Source: Halocafeteria seosinensis (Eukaryota). Taken from it: DNA of 64,000 bases. The notes beneath the pieces were generated by a model. The model did not search any database. It was not told where the DNA came from and saw nothing but the letters and a program-made list of their open reading frames with translations. The DNA lies in contig LVLI01000043.1 of NCBI GenBank assembly GCA_001687465.1, positions 62,001 through 126,000 on the forward strand, given 5' to 3'. A program made the position numbers and the translations under genes. Positions 13,240-26,901 of this stretch are shown here, piece after piece (positions within the stretch are counted from its first letter, which is position 1; each line of letters opens with the position of its first letter).

Positions 13240-14691
13240 TCACTTTGCTCGTAAAATTGTTTCATATTTACTGCTTTCGATCAATGCCTCCATTATTTTT
13301 CTCGAAGGTTGGTGAGACACGCAGCATAAGTGATCCACACACCATTTTCCGTTCAAGAGGTCGTGCTCCTCTAGTTGATCGAGCAGCGTCTTGTTATTGA
13401 GGACCTCCCCATCGGGAACCTCCTCGACGCGACGAACTCTCACAGGGAAATGATGCAATCGTCTTATTAGCCCATGAGCAACGCCGAATGTAATGAAACG
13501 TTTCTCGTTTAACCCATATTGCCCAACTTTCCTATCTACGAACACATCTGAGGCACGGCTCCCTGCTCCAAAGGAAGCATACAGTCTGAATAGAATATTT
13601 ATATTAAGAGAGAAACTCGGTGATTGGTTATCATCTCCACTTTCAGACTTCGTTTTTGTAGGATCGACATAGTCCAAACAAGCGTTTTGCATATCCTCGT
13701 TTGTTAGCAATTTCTTCAAATTGCCGGTGATGGCATACACGTTAGAGAACTGGAATATATCAATTAGCTTCACGAAGCCATAAACTAGCAGCTGCTGTAT
13801 ACAACACTTTACGATCTCGATGGGAACATCCGAGAATTCGGCAATAGCTCGGACGTATTTCGTTCCGTCAATAAAGGGAGTAATTCGTCTCAAGCACAGA
13901 TCCCAGTCAGGCCCAACGACTGCATCCAGATCACGGATAGGGAGTGGAACATCTTCGGCATCCACATTTTCCGGCTCGGGTACCGTCGGCAACAATTTCA
14001 GGGACAGAAAGCGCCCTGCAGCAAAATGAATTGATTCCAACAAAACCTCGTTAATGGTCACCGTCGAGTTGCTGGCGTACCTGCGATCGCCGGAACAACG
14101 CACTCTCCCGACTGAACGAGACCAACATGGACTCGGCGTAGTAAGGCGTGAACATTGTGTCTGTAGTGGGATTCCCCCAAAGAGCTGATAAAGTGTAGTT
14201 TCCGCTCAGCATCGTCGAGGAATTGGCCCAGTTTCCTCAAAACTTGCGCGTACGGTTCTTGGTCGGAAACGCTGTCAATATAGAATCCCACACTGAATAA
14301 GAAGACATTACGATCATAATGGCTGCTGTCAATGCGCACGGGGTACCCCAGGACCGTGAAGTCCCTGCGTTTGATGGACATGACGCTTCCACATAGTCCC
14401 GGTTTAGTGATGAGATAAGGACTTATAGCATCAAAATCACTCGAGGAAACGAACCTGCATGTGTATATGGTGCGTACGTACTCCATGAAATACAGCCGCC
14501 TTCCATTGAGGCAAGGACTTACTCCTGGGGATACTGCGTATACAAGAGCCCATCAGAGCATGCATACAGACAGCCTCGTTAAGATATACACCTGTTAATA
14601 TATATATATATATACATACCTGGAAATGGAGCACGGGGCCTTGTTTGTTGTCGAATTCACAGTAAAACACGCCTTTGAGGATGTTTTCCAT
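13240..14691 (-). CDS. NPRL2: Nitrogen permease regulator 2-like, GATOR1 subunit
   Basis: MENILKGVFYCEFDNKQGPVLHFQ; FDAISPYLITKPGLCG; GYPVRIDSSHYDRNVFLF; WDLCLRRITPFIDGTKYVRAIA; LIDIFQFSNVY; KRFITFGVAHGLIRRLHHFP. Frames are joined by GT-AG introns. Confidence 0.92.
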
Positions 14692-15049
14692 GGTTCCATT
14701 CTTCTGTACAGGAGGTATTTCTATGACCCCGACTGGGAATATATGTATATATATATAAAGGAGCTTCAGCAAAACATTACAATGTATGTATGAAACAACT
14801 ACATAGTGGAAAATTGTTTGAAGGTTCTGTCTGCCGCTGTATGCCGCCGAAAGGAAATAGGCTAGCAATGCGTTCAAGACTTGCACATGTATTATTCCTC
14901 ATAGACAGCACACCAAATACTGCTAGGTATCCAATGCTGATGCCGTTAGTGAGTCTGTCCACAGCGATTACTGTGAAAAACAGTGTGTATGTTAGTACGT
15001 AGTACACCGTCCGGTCCGCGTACGGTATTAGGTCTCAGTTGGGCGAGCG

Positions 15050-18000
15050 CTAGCGCTCTAACCTTCCGTATTGCTTGTACTCTCTTCTGGCAATGCTTGA
15101 CACAACTTCCGGATCACTCGTTTGAATCAGAGAACGCTCAGTTTCCTCAATTCTCTTCCTTCTAATGAGTGCGTACATCCAAACGGGCAACACGCACACT
15201 ACAACGATTAGTCCTAGAGTGTACATATGAAAACGCTGCGAAAAAAGGTCAACGAGAGTGCCTAAGCCGATTCCGTCCCCTATGAGGACACCACGCAACC
15301 ATAACAGAACGGGATATGCCAACAGACACAGTGTGTTAACGACGTGATTGATCCATACTGGTCTGTGAGACAGGGCTAGTAGAGTAAGGAACACTACGAT
15401 GAGGAGAGCTGTAAAGTTAAAGTAGGAAAAAGCTGGGATATCTGGGGCAGCATCTGGAGAGGCAAACGTGGAGATCAACAACATCGCCCCCGCTTGAAAA
15501 TACCCTGTTGCCAAAAGAGCGGAACCCTGCTCTTCAAACGGAATCGCAAAGCGGAATCGCTGCGCATACAAATGAGGGTGCCGTTCAAGCTTGGAGATTT
15601 CCCATTCTCGATCCAGGACTAAAAGCAATGCGGGAAGAGCTGTATATATCTGCAAAGAAAGAGAAAGAAAGAGAATATTAAATCACAAATAGCTTCACCA
15701 GTACAAAATTAGGAAGCCCGTACCATATTATACGTAGTGAGACAGAAGGTATCGAACAAGGAGCAGCCGCTGAAAAGGCACGCAGGAACGTATCCCACTT
15801 GAGCGGAGCAAAGCACGATGCTCTTGTAGAAGCAGAAAAGGGCAGTAATGGAAGTGCGATGAAGGCTTAAACGCCCATGGACCAACATAAGACGTTCAAG
15901 AAAGCGAAATCTCGATATGCTAAAATCGGCAGACCGCGACGCTTGCATTCCTTCTCTTCCCACTAGTCCTACTCCAACATTGGCGGCCAACAACATGGGA
16001 CAGTCATTGCCACCGTCTCCGATTGCTAAAGTTCTTCCTCGGATCAAACTATGTTTGGATCTTCGCACAAATTGCACGAGCTCTGCCTTTTGAGAAGGAG
16101 ATGCTCGGCAACAAATTACGCTTTTGCAACCGGTCTCAACCAAATGTTCAAACTGGACGCTAAAATACTTAAGCAGAAAAGGGAGAGCACATCCATCTAT
16201 GACGAGGGTATACTCCATTCGTTTCCCCTTGCACTTCAAACAAAGGTTATCATTGATATGCCTTAATTCAGCTGAGACATCTCGCTTCGAATTTCCTCGA
16301 ATGGCCAGTACGAATTTCCTTTTCCTTTCGCTGAGCAGGGATTCTATGTCAGAAGCAGGGCTTTCCATGTGAAGATTGCAGAAACAACCGCTGCGCATTT
16401 CTCCATACCCATCCATCACAGAATTGCTGCCAGAGGAGGAACGGTTCTTTAATGAGATTGTTTCTTGAGGTTCATCCATTAGACGCGACGCCAAAGCTAT
16501 CTGAATGGCTGTGGTGTACTTATCCCCGGTGAGCATCCAAAATCGACAACCACCTAAGCGGAGATTCTCGATTGTTTCGGGTACCCCCTGCTGCAGAGTA
16601 TCCTCTACAGCTGAGGCACCAACGAGTTCGAACTGACACTCGAGCTGACCTGCGGCTTGTTCAATGGCTTTCTCTCTGCCAGCCACCTGCCTTCTCGCGC
16701 CTTCCCATTGCGTTAGCCATTCGGCGTACTCTGACCCACTCATGCGACGCACTACCACCATCAATGTTCGCAACCCTCTATTCGCAAACATTTCGATTTG
16801 ACGATTTGTTTGTCGGCGCAATTTGGCTTCTGTCGATTCTCTCTCACAGTGTCGGAGTCTGGGAAACAAGGCTTCATCCGCGCCTTTGCAAAGTACAAAT
16901 ATCATTGACGTTGTTTGGCACCTAATTACGACACTCATTCTCTTTCTTTGCGAAGTGAAGGGAATCACGTGCAACAGTTCGAGTCTTTCTTGGTGCGTGC
17001 CGCGAACTCTTGAGGAATTGATTTCTTCTTTCACCCACACTCTCTTGGCAGCAGGGTCTTTGTCACAAGATCGGAGCCGCGAAAACAAATCTTCCGGGAG
17101 TGATGCTTGAAACTGAATCAGTAGCTCCTCACTTTCATCATCGAACCTATTCCTTTCGAAAAGAGTAATACCAGCCCGCGAAGCTGCGTACACCAGAGCT
17201 TCCTCATCGGGAGACGCAGACTGAAACTCGACACATCGATATACCTGAGTAAGGTCGAGACTACCCAATTCCGCCTTCGGTAGCTCTACGCCAGCTTCGT
17301 TCGCAGCCAAAGGCATGCTGTGACAGATATCATCTCTATCTGTTGCGTCCCGGCTTCGCAATGCATCACGCTTCACAGGCTGAACAGAGTTACATACGGC
17401 CAGAGTCAGCCAGTATATTTCTGTCCTGGAAGAGAGCTCCAAATTGTGAAGCCTTGAGGCATCAGGTTTGCCTTTTACGGAGACAGGACTCCAAACATCT
17501 TGTGAGTCAAGAACCTCGCCGTCTACACTCCCCATCTTAAAATTCATTACGTTATCCGTGAGGGTCCCGGTTTTGTCGGTGAAGATAGTGTCAATGCATC
17601 CAAGGTCCTCGATGATGTCGCTATTATTCACCATTGCACGAACATCAGAGGCCTCATCGTATACATGTACATCATTCGTTATCAGATACGCATAGTAACT
17701 CTTAGCCAGGTCGAGAGTAACACGTAGAGAGATAGGGATGAGCATCGAAATGAGGAGAAGCACCCTGAGAGGAATAATGAGAAACGCATACCAAGGTCTT
17801 CCCTGCTCTTTAGATTCTGGAGTAATATACCACGGGTCCGACTGGCTTGCAGCAATTACGCCAAACATGGACACCAATACAATCTGGATAACAAAGAGGC
17901 TCGCGGTGTGGTAGTTGATCTGTGCATCAACGCTTCCCATTTTTGTTGGAGGCAACGAGGTGTTTTGCCCTAACTTGGTTTCTCTGCCAGTATATACTGC

Positions 18001-19209
18001 TACGCCTACCACATATTCGGTATCCTTTAGAGTGGTTCCTTGTTGAATTAGATTACCGGAGTCCAAGGGAAACGAATCCCTTCTTCCGGAAGCAGCAGCC
18101 ATCTCAACATCGCCTCCGGAAACGAGTTCGCCCTCGAGGTTGTTTTCCAAGGATAACAATGCATTGAGTTTGTGAACATCTGCGTTCGGTGGATCGCACT
18201 TAATGCAGCATCGCATTTCCGTTAATTGCCGATTGGAGAGCGTATTTGTAAAGTGCAGGGCGTAGCGAGGCTTGAGATCCGTCTCGCCATCGAGATTCGC
18301 TGTCTGGACGTAGCACACCCCTTTATCATCCTGTTCCGTCATTCGGCTCTTTAGGGCCACAAGATCGCATGGTACTTGTTCGTTTTTCTTGACAATAACT
18401 AGATGCCCGGGACGAATGTCTCGGGCTTGTAGAACGGTGGTCGATATCCCTCCTTGCAATATCTCAAATGGTTTGGAGTTCACTTCTTCGTCAGCCTTGT
18501 ATCGGCGGTAATCATCGTACGCTGCTCGAATCGCCGTGATGACCAGGACTACTATGAGAGGCGCCCACGTCGTGATGGGATTCACTGGCGTAATCGCGCT
18601 CCATAGTTGCAAACATGCAATAAACAAAAAATATCGATTCATGTAACTGCGGAACTGATCATATAAGTTCTGCAGCAGGACACACATAATTCGTTCCAGA
18701 TGAACTCTTGACGCTTCTCGGTGGTCTCAAACTGGCCCACTGAGTGCAGCAAGTTCAGCAATGCAGTTGTCGAAAATACCATCGGAAACACTTACATGAG
18801 GGATAAAGGTCCATAGCGTGTATTTAGTGCTTCGGACAGCGTTGTTTGGCAGTTCTGGCGTCTTTTCAGGCCGATTCAGGTAGACGATTCTCCATCCATG
18901 GGCATCTTTATCACCCTCCTCACTCCCTGAGTCATCTGAACTCGAACTTCCGGCTATACGATCCTGTATATCGTCTCGAATCTGCGAATATCCCCTCTGA
19001 AGGGCCCTTGAAGTCCGGCGGTACATGGTTTTCAGAGCGTTCCAGCACTTATACAAGGCCGTTCTCCTCTCTTCTTTTTTTGATATATCTTGCTCAATGT
19101 CCAGACTACCAGTTACATCAGGTGGACACGATGAAGAAGACCGAATTAATGCATGAGAAGAGCTGGAAGTGGTGCTGTCACGCTCTCGAAGCCCTCCTCG
19201 ATGGAGCAT
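15050..19209 (-). CDS. P4-type ATPase (phospholipid flippase)
   Basis: NAVRSTKYTLWTFIP, TANLDGETDLK, LIPISLRVT, phosphorylation site DKTGTLT, SASPDEEALV, FTSQRKRMSV, KGADE, WMLTGDK, CRASPSQKA, LAIGDGGND, C-terminal TM helices. At least two introns. Confidence 0.95.
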
Positions 19210-19809
19210 TACCACCACCACCACACACGATCATACACTACTAATACTACTATTGTTATAATCATATATATATAGAAACAGAAAAGGAAAACAACAGCTT
19301 CAATACACGGACAGTAGGGCTCACTAACCCGTGAGAACCCAACTGAGATGGTTATGACGCTATTCACAGTGAATAAAGGCTTTACAATTCCCATGTACGC
19401 ACCGAATATGTTCGATTACACTATATCACTGTGTATACCATTTTTCAGTGGATGGTGTGCTTGGCAATCCACTCGAATCAAGGGACTTCACTTTCTGCTT
19501 CGCCCCTGCGGCGAAGGAGATTTCGTATCAACTTTGTCCCACTCTTCTTAGGTATACATTTCGAAGACACTATTATTAAAGTTAGTGTAAATGCAGGACC
19601 GACCAGACGGCGAAACTACTACGAGCACACTTCCAAATCCAACTTGTTATAGTGAGATCGTATCGGATGTCCCATGTCCCATAATAGCGAGGCAGTATCG
19701 TGCTAAATCAATCACTTACCCAAACATTGACTGTTGCTTTAATGACGGGGGTATGGGTATCCAATGTACCAGCGGTCAGCACCCGCACTTCGCTAGATCC
19801 ATACATATG

Positions 19810-22176
19810 CTAGTCTTCCATAAGATCATCCAGGTCAAATTCTCCCCAATCGTCCTGGTTGTTTGTGTTTTGTGAAATAAACGAAGGTAGAAACATACCG
19901 ATACTCGATCGCCGCCTCTCTCCATGATCAGCAGACCCACGTACTGAGGGTATGCTCCCGCTACCTTCGTCAACTCCGTATCCGTGTCCTGTTGTTGATG
20001 GTGCTGAGCCCTCAGCGGGAGGTCGACTATCAAATGTCACGGCTTTGCCTTTCGGTGTATCGGCTGCATCAAATGAAGAATGTTGTCTTCTGCGGCTAGC
20101 TTCTATTTCGGAAAAAGGCATTCGAGCTGGGCGCTCGGCATCTCCTATTCTCCGTGAGGCAGGTGAAGAGGGACTGGAAGGTGAGCCCCTCCGAGGACTA
20201 TTGAAAAGCATAGCTTTAATTTGATGCTCCCTTCTTTGGGCTGCCCGGCGGTCTTCTGCCGATGGCCGTTGTTTCTGTGGCGAGTGCGGACTACCTGAAT
20301 GTGGGCTGCCAGATCCGGGTAATAACGTCTTGTGGAGCAATTGCAGTTGGGCGGGGCTCAGTACCCCATATTTGGCAACAGTTTCATCCTCCATTGACCC
20401 ATCGCTTGAGTCGCTTTCGTCTGCGGTAGCCGATTGTTTGCTCTGAGAAGCTCTTGGCTGTATAGCGTATGTAGCAAAGACTTCATCGTCAAGCGGTTCT
20501 TCACTTTCATCCTCCTCGCTATTTGCTACAGCAGTTATTGTTGGAGACGTCATCTCTTGAGCCAATATTTCTCGGTCACTCTGGGCTGTATGTGGCGGCA
20601 TTGATTCTTCATGAGAAGGAGCAGAGTATGCTGCTGGTTCGGTTGCAGCCATTTCGAAACCAAAAGGACTATCTTGCTGACCAAACGTGAGGGTTTCGCT
20701 TTCTGTCGCCGGGGACATTGAGTACCCTGTGTAGTATTCATAGTCTTCAGGATAAGAATTATTGTCATCTCCAACGCCGGGCACTGTGTGATGTTCAAGA
20801 AGTGATCGCTCCAGCTGAAGGATTGCGCTTTCTCCAGGAGGTTGACCCGTTCGAGGAGTCTCCTCCGTAGTCTCTTTCTCAGGGGGATGTAGGTGTGTTT
20901 GCGATACTTCATTGTGCCCAGCGCTCTCCATTGCTATACTGTCTCTACCTTGCGAAATATTTGAAGTGACTGGGGAACTTGCTCCGGATGAGATATTTCC
21001 TGATACGGAGGTATCTCGAGTTCCAGCGGTTGAGACTGGCGGTCCCAATTCATTTCCCGATAAACCCTCAGTCTCGTGTTCACCATTAGTTTCATCTTCA
21101 CCTTGAGATACATTAGCGTAGATACTAGTTTCATGTACATACACCACATCCTCGTCTGACTTATCACTGTCCGGTAACGTACCGTCCGTAGTACTGTCTG
21201 TAGTGTCTCTCCTGGATGTTTGTCCTGCTGGGACGGTAGGGCGACGATCTTTCACCCTTATCTGCTGTAGTTGATCAATCGCCCCTCCTATACGGTCATG
21301 TCGTATATCTTGTTTCCTTTGCTCTGCTCGCCTTTTTTCTTCTTCCAGTGCATGCTGCCATTTTTCCACTAATTTTGAATGACGAGTCGCACGATTAGAA
21401 CTCCGTCGAGACCTTCTGGGAGTATGCGTTCCTGATTCAGAATGAGACAGTTGCGATTGCGAAGAGGAGACCTGTTCTCTTGTCGATGAGGAAGGCAACT
21501 CTTCTGGTTGCCTGTCTACACCTTGGCTTTGTGCCCTGTCTACACCTTGTTTCTGCTCTGGGGTGGGAGGATTTCGTAATTTTTGCCCTCCATAACTTCG
21601 TTGTTTCAAGGGAGATGAAGGTAAGTTCTGAGAACTATCAGCTTCTTGAAACTCATCCTTCCGTGAATGAAGTCCGGATTGCACACCATTCGTGTGCATT
21701 TGCGGTCTTTCGTCCGTTGCAGCTGACGTTTGTCGTACCGAAGTACCGCTGTCACTAGAAGTCTGTCTTCGGTCCCCTGAGGCGCTATACGTGCGCAGTG
21801 GGGAACTTCGTGGATCTTGGAACTGCCTAACGTTGACATAGCTCTGTGGACTTGACGGAGGGGTGTTCTCTGGAGGAAGCTCTAAGTCGTGACGATTCGG
21901 TTGTCTTAAGTTACTTTCGCTGCGCGGTGAGGAGAAGTGAGCTCTATACCCCACTCCAGGTGGGGACGGCGGTGAAGCGATCTCGGAGCGCACAATGTCG
22001 CGTAACTTATCAACGGAAGAGGGCGTCCGTGGTAAGGAGGGGGAATCCTCATTATGTGCTGCAGGAGGAGGAGTTGCCGTCCGTGGCGACGGCGAACGCG
22101 GGGAATCGTGATGGAGGCTTCGGGTTGCTTTCATGGCTCCAAGTCGTTCGTAGCTTCGGTACGATGCTGCTGCCAT
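19810..22176 (-). CDS. Uncharacterised disordered S/P/E-rich protein (788 aa)
   Basis: Long uninterrupted ATG-started ORF with low-complexity composition and one short charged helix (KWQHALEEEKRRAEQRKQ). No domain recognised. Confidence 0.7.
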   Translation of the reverse strand: MAAASYRSYERLGAMKATRSLHHDSPRSPSPRTATPPPAAHNEDSPSLPRTPSSVDKLRDIVRSEIASPPSPPGVGYRAHFSSPRSESNLRQPNRHDLELPPENTPPSSPQSYVNVRQFQDPRSSPLRTYSASGDRRQTSSDSGTSVRQTSAATDERPQMHTNGVQSGLHSRKDEFQEADSSQNLPSSPLKQRSYGGQKLRNPPTPEQKQGVDRAQSQGVDRQPEELPSSSTREQVSSSQSQLSHSESGTHTPRRSRRSSNRATRHSKLVEKWQHALEEEKRRAEQRKQDIRHDRIGGAIDQLQQIRVKDRRPTVPAGQTSRRDTTDSTTDGTLPDSDKSDEDVVYVHETSIYANVSQGEDETNGEHETEGLSGNELGPPVSTAGTRDTSVSGNISSGASSPVTSNISQGRDSIAMESAGHNEVSQTHLHPPEKETTEETPRTGQPPGESAILQLERSLLEHHTVPGVGDDNNSYPEDYEYYTGYSMSPATESETLTFGQQDSPFGFEMAATEPAAYSAPSHEESMPPHTAQSDREILAQEMTSPTITAVANSEEDESEEPLDDEVFATYAIQPRASQSKQSATADESDSSDGSMEDETVAKYGVLSPAQLQLLHKTLLPGSGSPHSGSPHSPQKQRPSAEDRRAAQRREHQIKAMLFNSPRRGSPSSPSSPASRRIGDAERPARMPFSEIEASRRRQHSSFDAADTPKGKAVTFDSRPPAEGSAPSTTGHGYGVDEGSGSIPSVRGSADHGERRRSSIGMFLPSFISQNTNNQDDWGEFDLDDLMED

Positions 22177-22770
22177 GGTACCGCCTCTAAGCCGTCGAAA
22201 AGGACATAGTAGTGGGTATTTATCCCGTACTGGCGGTAAAATACACTTTTTTTGGCGCGCAAAACTGCAAATCCCCTTTATTCAGTTCCAGGATCACTCC
22301 AGAACTCCTATATTCACCACGCGGACTCTATTAGGAGCATATAAACGTTAGCATCTCTAACATGTCAACAAATACCAATACCATTTATGTACTGAACTGA
22401 CTACTCCCATCCCGCAAGTTGAAGTTGGGATTCAAGTCATTGAGTAGGACTTCCTTCGTCCCCTTGAGTGTGTTTTCGGGTGAGTGACCACATTACCACC
22501 TTAAACTGGTTTGGTTCTACTGAGTAGAGCCCTATTTCACACTGCAAAGACGTAGGTTGATGCGCTTGAATGGACAACATCGACCTTCACAGAGGACAGT
22601 AGTGCACGCATGACCGCATCCATGGTATGTATGTTCGATCGTAACAAACTCGCGCTTCGCATAGTTTGCATTCGGGGAGCATCAACTCTGCTGAATTAAA
22701 AACTGTGCCAAATTAATGAAAAGTGAGAGAAGCAAATCCGCACTTAAATTTTCTCATTGCTAGTTACACA

Positions 22771-22803
22771 CACACACGAATGTGACAGATAGCCCACCGG
22801 CCG
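22771..22803 (+). repeat. Dispersed repeat copy 1 (CACACAC-NNA-TGTGACAGATAGCCCACCGGCCG)
   Basis: 32 of 33 nt identical to 59011-59043; core also present at 49503-49530. Confidence 0.85.
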
Positions 22804-23016
22804 GGAAGTTGACCACATCCTCTTAACGAGGAGCGGTAAGCGCCCGTGTTAAGCAGCGACGGTACACAGTCAGCTATATTAAGTTTCATAACGCCCCTTC
22901 GGTTTGAAACGCATTTGTATTAAACTCACTATGAGAAGTTACGTTCTACCAGGCTGGAGGTATATCAAGATACCACAGTGCTTTTAAGTCTACTTCAGTA
23001 TACACCGATGGTCGAA

Positions 23017-25085
23017 TCAGTGTTTGTTTGCCGACTCCGATGCGTGGTTACTGACTACGCTTTGGACAAACTGAACCACTTGCTCGTGTTTGTCAGATTC
23101 CACCTGGAACAGAAGTGTATCCCAAAAGACCAACAGTAACCTCACTCCATATCCCACGTTTGACCCACCAACAACAAACAACTTACCTGGATTCTATATC
23201 CGCCATCGCGAAGACTCGGGCCGAGTAGAGCAATATATCCATCCTTGTCTTCTCGAACGTGCTTGATGTCACTTAGTGGCACTGCTCCCTTCTTCTTTTG
23301 TTTGGTCTTGTCCTCGTAGTACACCAATTCAGTGGCGGACAACTCGTAGTAGCGGGCTTTGCGAGGCGTGAGTCCTAACCGCTTCTGACCCTCCTTCTCC
23401 ATTTGGCCTTCGATAACCTCAGGAAGGTGAAATGGAAGGGGTGTGCCTTGATCAAACCCAATTGAGGCTGGACGCTCCTTCCTAGTGTCCGGTTTCTCGG
23501 AGGACTTTGGACTACGAGCAGATTCGGTACTCCCTGCCGTGTCACCGCCACTGCAAGTGGCCTCCTTATCAGCCGACTTGCTTTCTTTCTCCTCTTGGCT
23601 CGTTTCCTTCCTCTGGTTTTCTGTGTCACTCACCTTAGCGCTAGAGTGACTGTCGCCAGCTTCGGCCTCCTTATCAGCCGACTTGCTTTCTTCCTCCTCT
23701 TGGCTCGTTTCCTTCCTTTGGTTTTCTGTGTCACTCACCTTAGCGCTAGAGTGACTGTCGCCAGCTTCCGAGGAATCATGGCTATGCTCCTCATGCCGAC
23801 CAGGGACAGCAGTAGTGTGAGTCGCGTCACCAATGCCTGTTTGCTCAGTGCCTTCCGTGTTGCCTTCATCATGCTCGTCATTACTTGAGCTAGCATCGTT
23901 ATGCTGGTTTGCATTAGTTTCAGATTGATCAACGGAGTGCTCGTCCATCTCGCTACCGGCATTTTTCTTGGCAGCCTTGGCCGTTTCAGTATCGCTGGTA
24001 TGTTGATTCTGTGTTCCAGAAGTAGCGCCGTCACTGGCTTTGCTATTCGTTTGATCTTGTTCTGGTGTCGATTCAGCCGTAACTCTTTCATCCTCCGTTG
24101 CTTTTGGTTGATGTCCTGCCGTGTCCAATGTATTCTTGCTTTCGGAATCCATTTCTCTAGCCGATATTTCTCGAGTTCCAGCTGCTTGCTTGCTTTCCGT
24201 CGGAGTCTCATCCTTGGCTTCTTCCTCAGTGCCAGTTTGCTGCTCTGAAATGTTTCCATCTTTCCCGTACTCAGCACTAGACTTGTTCTCCGCTACTTCA
24301 GAATTTACAGGAGTCTCTTCTTGTGCGGCGCCATCCCCAACATGTTGTGCTGCGGCATTGTTTTCTTTGGATACCACATCGTGGCCCTCAGCTTGCTCGT
24401 TTTTTTCGGTTTCGGTCGTATCCTGAGTAGGCTTCTGCTCTTCATCGGTTATCGGGGTTGTGGTATCTTGAACAGTCTGCTGGGTTTGCTCCGGTTCCTT
24501 CTCGCCCACAGTCTCTCGGTTCTCGTCGGCATTCCCTCTCTCTGGTACTTGCTGGCTCTCATTGGCTTCCGTTCCCGCAGTATCTTTGGATATGAAACCG
24601 TGGTCCTCAGCTTGCCCTTTTTCTTCGGTTTCTGCCGAATCCTGAGTGGGCTTCTGCTCTTCATTGGTTACCGCTGTTGTGCTATCTTGGACAGTCTGAT
24701 GGGTTTGCTCCGCGTCCGTTTCGTCAGCAGTCTGTTGGGTCCCGTCGGCACTCTGTCCCTCCGCAACTTGCTGCTTCTCATTGACTTCGGTGCCTGCAGT
24801 ATCTTGAGTAGGCTGTTGGTATTCTACAGATGGTGCTCCCGCGGCATCCTGAGCAGTTCCTTTACCTTCCTCGTTTTCCGCTTTACCTCCTGATGGTTGA
24901 CCTTCTGCTGCATTCACCTCTGTTTCTGCATGCTTCACCGTATCTTCAGTTTCCGCATTCCCGATGTTGCCTTCTTCTTGTTTGGAGCCTACGTCGACAT
25001 TTCCATTTGCACTCTGAGATGTTGGAGGTGTTTCCTTGACTGCTTCTTTCGCAGCAGTGTTCTCTTCACTCATTGCTGTGGACAT
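23017..25085 (-). CDS. Acidic low-complexity protein with C-terminal PH domain
   Basis: About 550 aa E/T/Q/S-rich region, then EGQMEKEGQKRLGLTPRKARYYELSATELVYYEDKTKQKKKGAVPLSDI (PH strands). After an intron (~23104-23186) the final helix VESDKHEQVVQFVQSVVSN ends at TGA 23017. Confidence 0.82.
23559..23768 (-). repeat. Near-perfect coding tandem duplication, 2 x 105 bp (35 aa)
   Basis: EAGDSHSSAKVSDTENQRKETSQEE(E/K)ESKSADKEA occurs twice; unit starts at 23559 and 23664. Confidence 0.95.
24370..24810 (-). repeat. Diverged coding duplication, ~219 bp (73 aa) unit
   Basis: tcctgagtRggcttctgctcttcat at 24421 and 24640; gcagtatct at 24577 and 24796; peptide DTAGTE...EEQKPTQD...SK repeated. Confidence 0.85.
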
Positions 25086-26901
25086 AACTTAGTCGTATCT
25101 CGGTCGTGTTTGCGGTGCTCTACAGAGACTTCTTAACGGTACTATTTTCCAAGGGGGATCCAGAAGAATTGGACCAGGAATGTTTAAGAAACTACTATTT
25201 CACTGCAAATTTGATAAAATTTGCAAATTTACCTCTGTTGTAGGGAAATGCACGACACCACAGCGTGTTCGACACTCGCTCCTGTCCCTACAGCTGGGTA
25301 ATGAAGGCCCACGGAGCTCACTCGTGCGACAATGTTGGGGTAGATCCAATGCTAGCTAGGCTTCTCGCAGTTTCTAGCTATCATGTAGTATCAAATCTGC
25401 TTGTAGTATCCTCCTGTCAGTGATTCACAGAGAAGTCGCATCTCATCTCGGTTCCCCTCCGGAATCTCAGCTCACGGTGTGGCAGTTCCCCGCAGCATCC
25501 CTGATTCCATTCGAATGACCCAGACGGGTCAGTGATCTCTGGCAGACGAAAACTGCTACAGAAATCATTTCATTCTATACGGTATTGATGCACAGCACTC
25601 GCAGACTGAATAAACGTCGAGTGATGAGTGGAAACATCCATCGCGTCCCGCCCACCACCCATCTGTGTAGTGGACTGATGGCACGACGTTACGTTTTCAG
25701 CATCATGGTAATAGGACAATAGCAGCCCTCATTCACGCATTGATGGTACAGTACTGTATGCTTGCCAGCTGCGAGAGTCTGCTGCCGGCCTCATGTGACA
25801 CCACACACTGATCACGGCGGTATCGGTTGCTCATACAGGCTGTAATCTTTACAGTATACTTACCCGCGCGGCGGCGCCTCCTAGGCATAATAATTGGCAG
25901 CAGCATTTCCGCAACAATCCGCAAAGAGGTCTCGCATTCATAATTACCCAGATGAGTCTACAACCTTGTTTTCCTTGCGCAAAACAGTACCATCGTAGGA
26001 CATTGATGATTAAAAAGTTTTCGTTATGGGCCCAAAATGACTGAGGCCGGGCGCCGCCGCTTGGATACGTGTGGAACCTTCTCCCCTAGTAATTGTCGAA
26101 CTCGAAGAAGGGGCCAGAGACATTGCAAAAGGAGTGCCTTAGAAACACCAGTAGATCCTATTCATTCGCGTTCGAAATATATTCCTACTCCTGAGACTCC
26201 TGATCGTTCCCGTCTCCGATTGACTGTGCTTCCGGCAAATCCAACGCTGGAGCAAACACCACAGGGAGTCAGTAGCAGCCGTATCGCTCTCATCCAACTC
26301 GTATTCTGCCTTAGAACTACAATAGCTACAATTAGAACCAGGAATGCTATAGCCATCAGATTCATCAGTATCCGATGCAATGTTGGCGAGAGACTACATT
26401 GGAAGTAACTCAGGATGTTAACTCAATGATCGTACAACTTCTTTCGAAACAAGTGACTCAAGGGCATCGAGTGAATTACGCAAACCAAGGAAAACTTAAA
26501 TCTGTGTTTGAAATTCAATAAAAGGGGTATTTTGAAACGCTTTGAGAAGGGGCTATTTTTTGACAGTTGAGAATAGAAAAGGAGTATTTTTGAAATTTTC
26601 AACAACTTGGGCACTGTGGCTACTGCATGTATTCATGATAAAATAAAAGCGAGTACATACAGACCAGTGAGAACTAGATTTAATAACGATCACTGCAGCG
26701 ACCCGTAATAAGGCTGCAAATCACGCTATGCGGTTCAGCAACGTAGTTTAAGTATAGGTAAACAGAGGTCTATACATCGCCTCCCATGTAGTTAAGTTAC
26801 ACCGGACATAAATTTTCACAACCCTAACCGCTATGCTGAATTTTGCACCGGTCGTGCGATTTGGGCATAAATACAAAAGGAAGGCTATAAGAGTAACTAG
26901 T

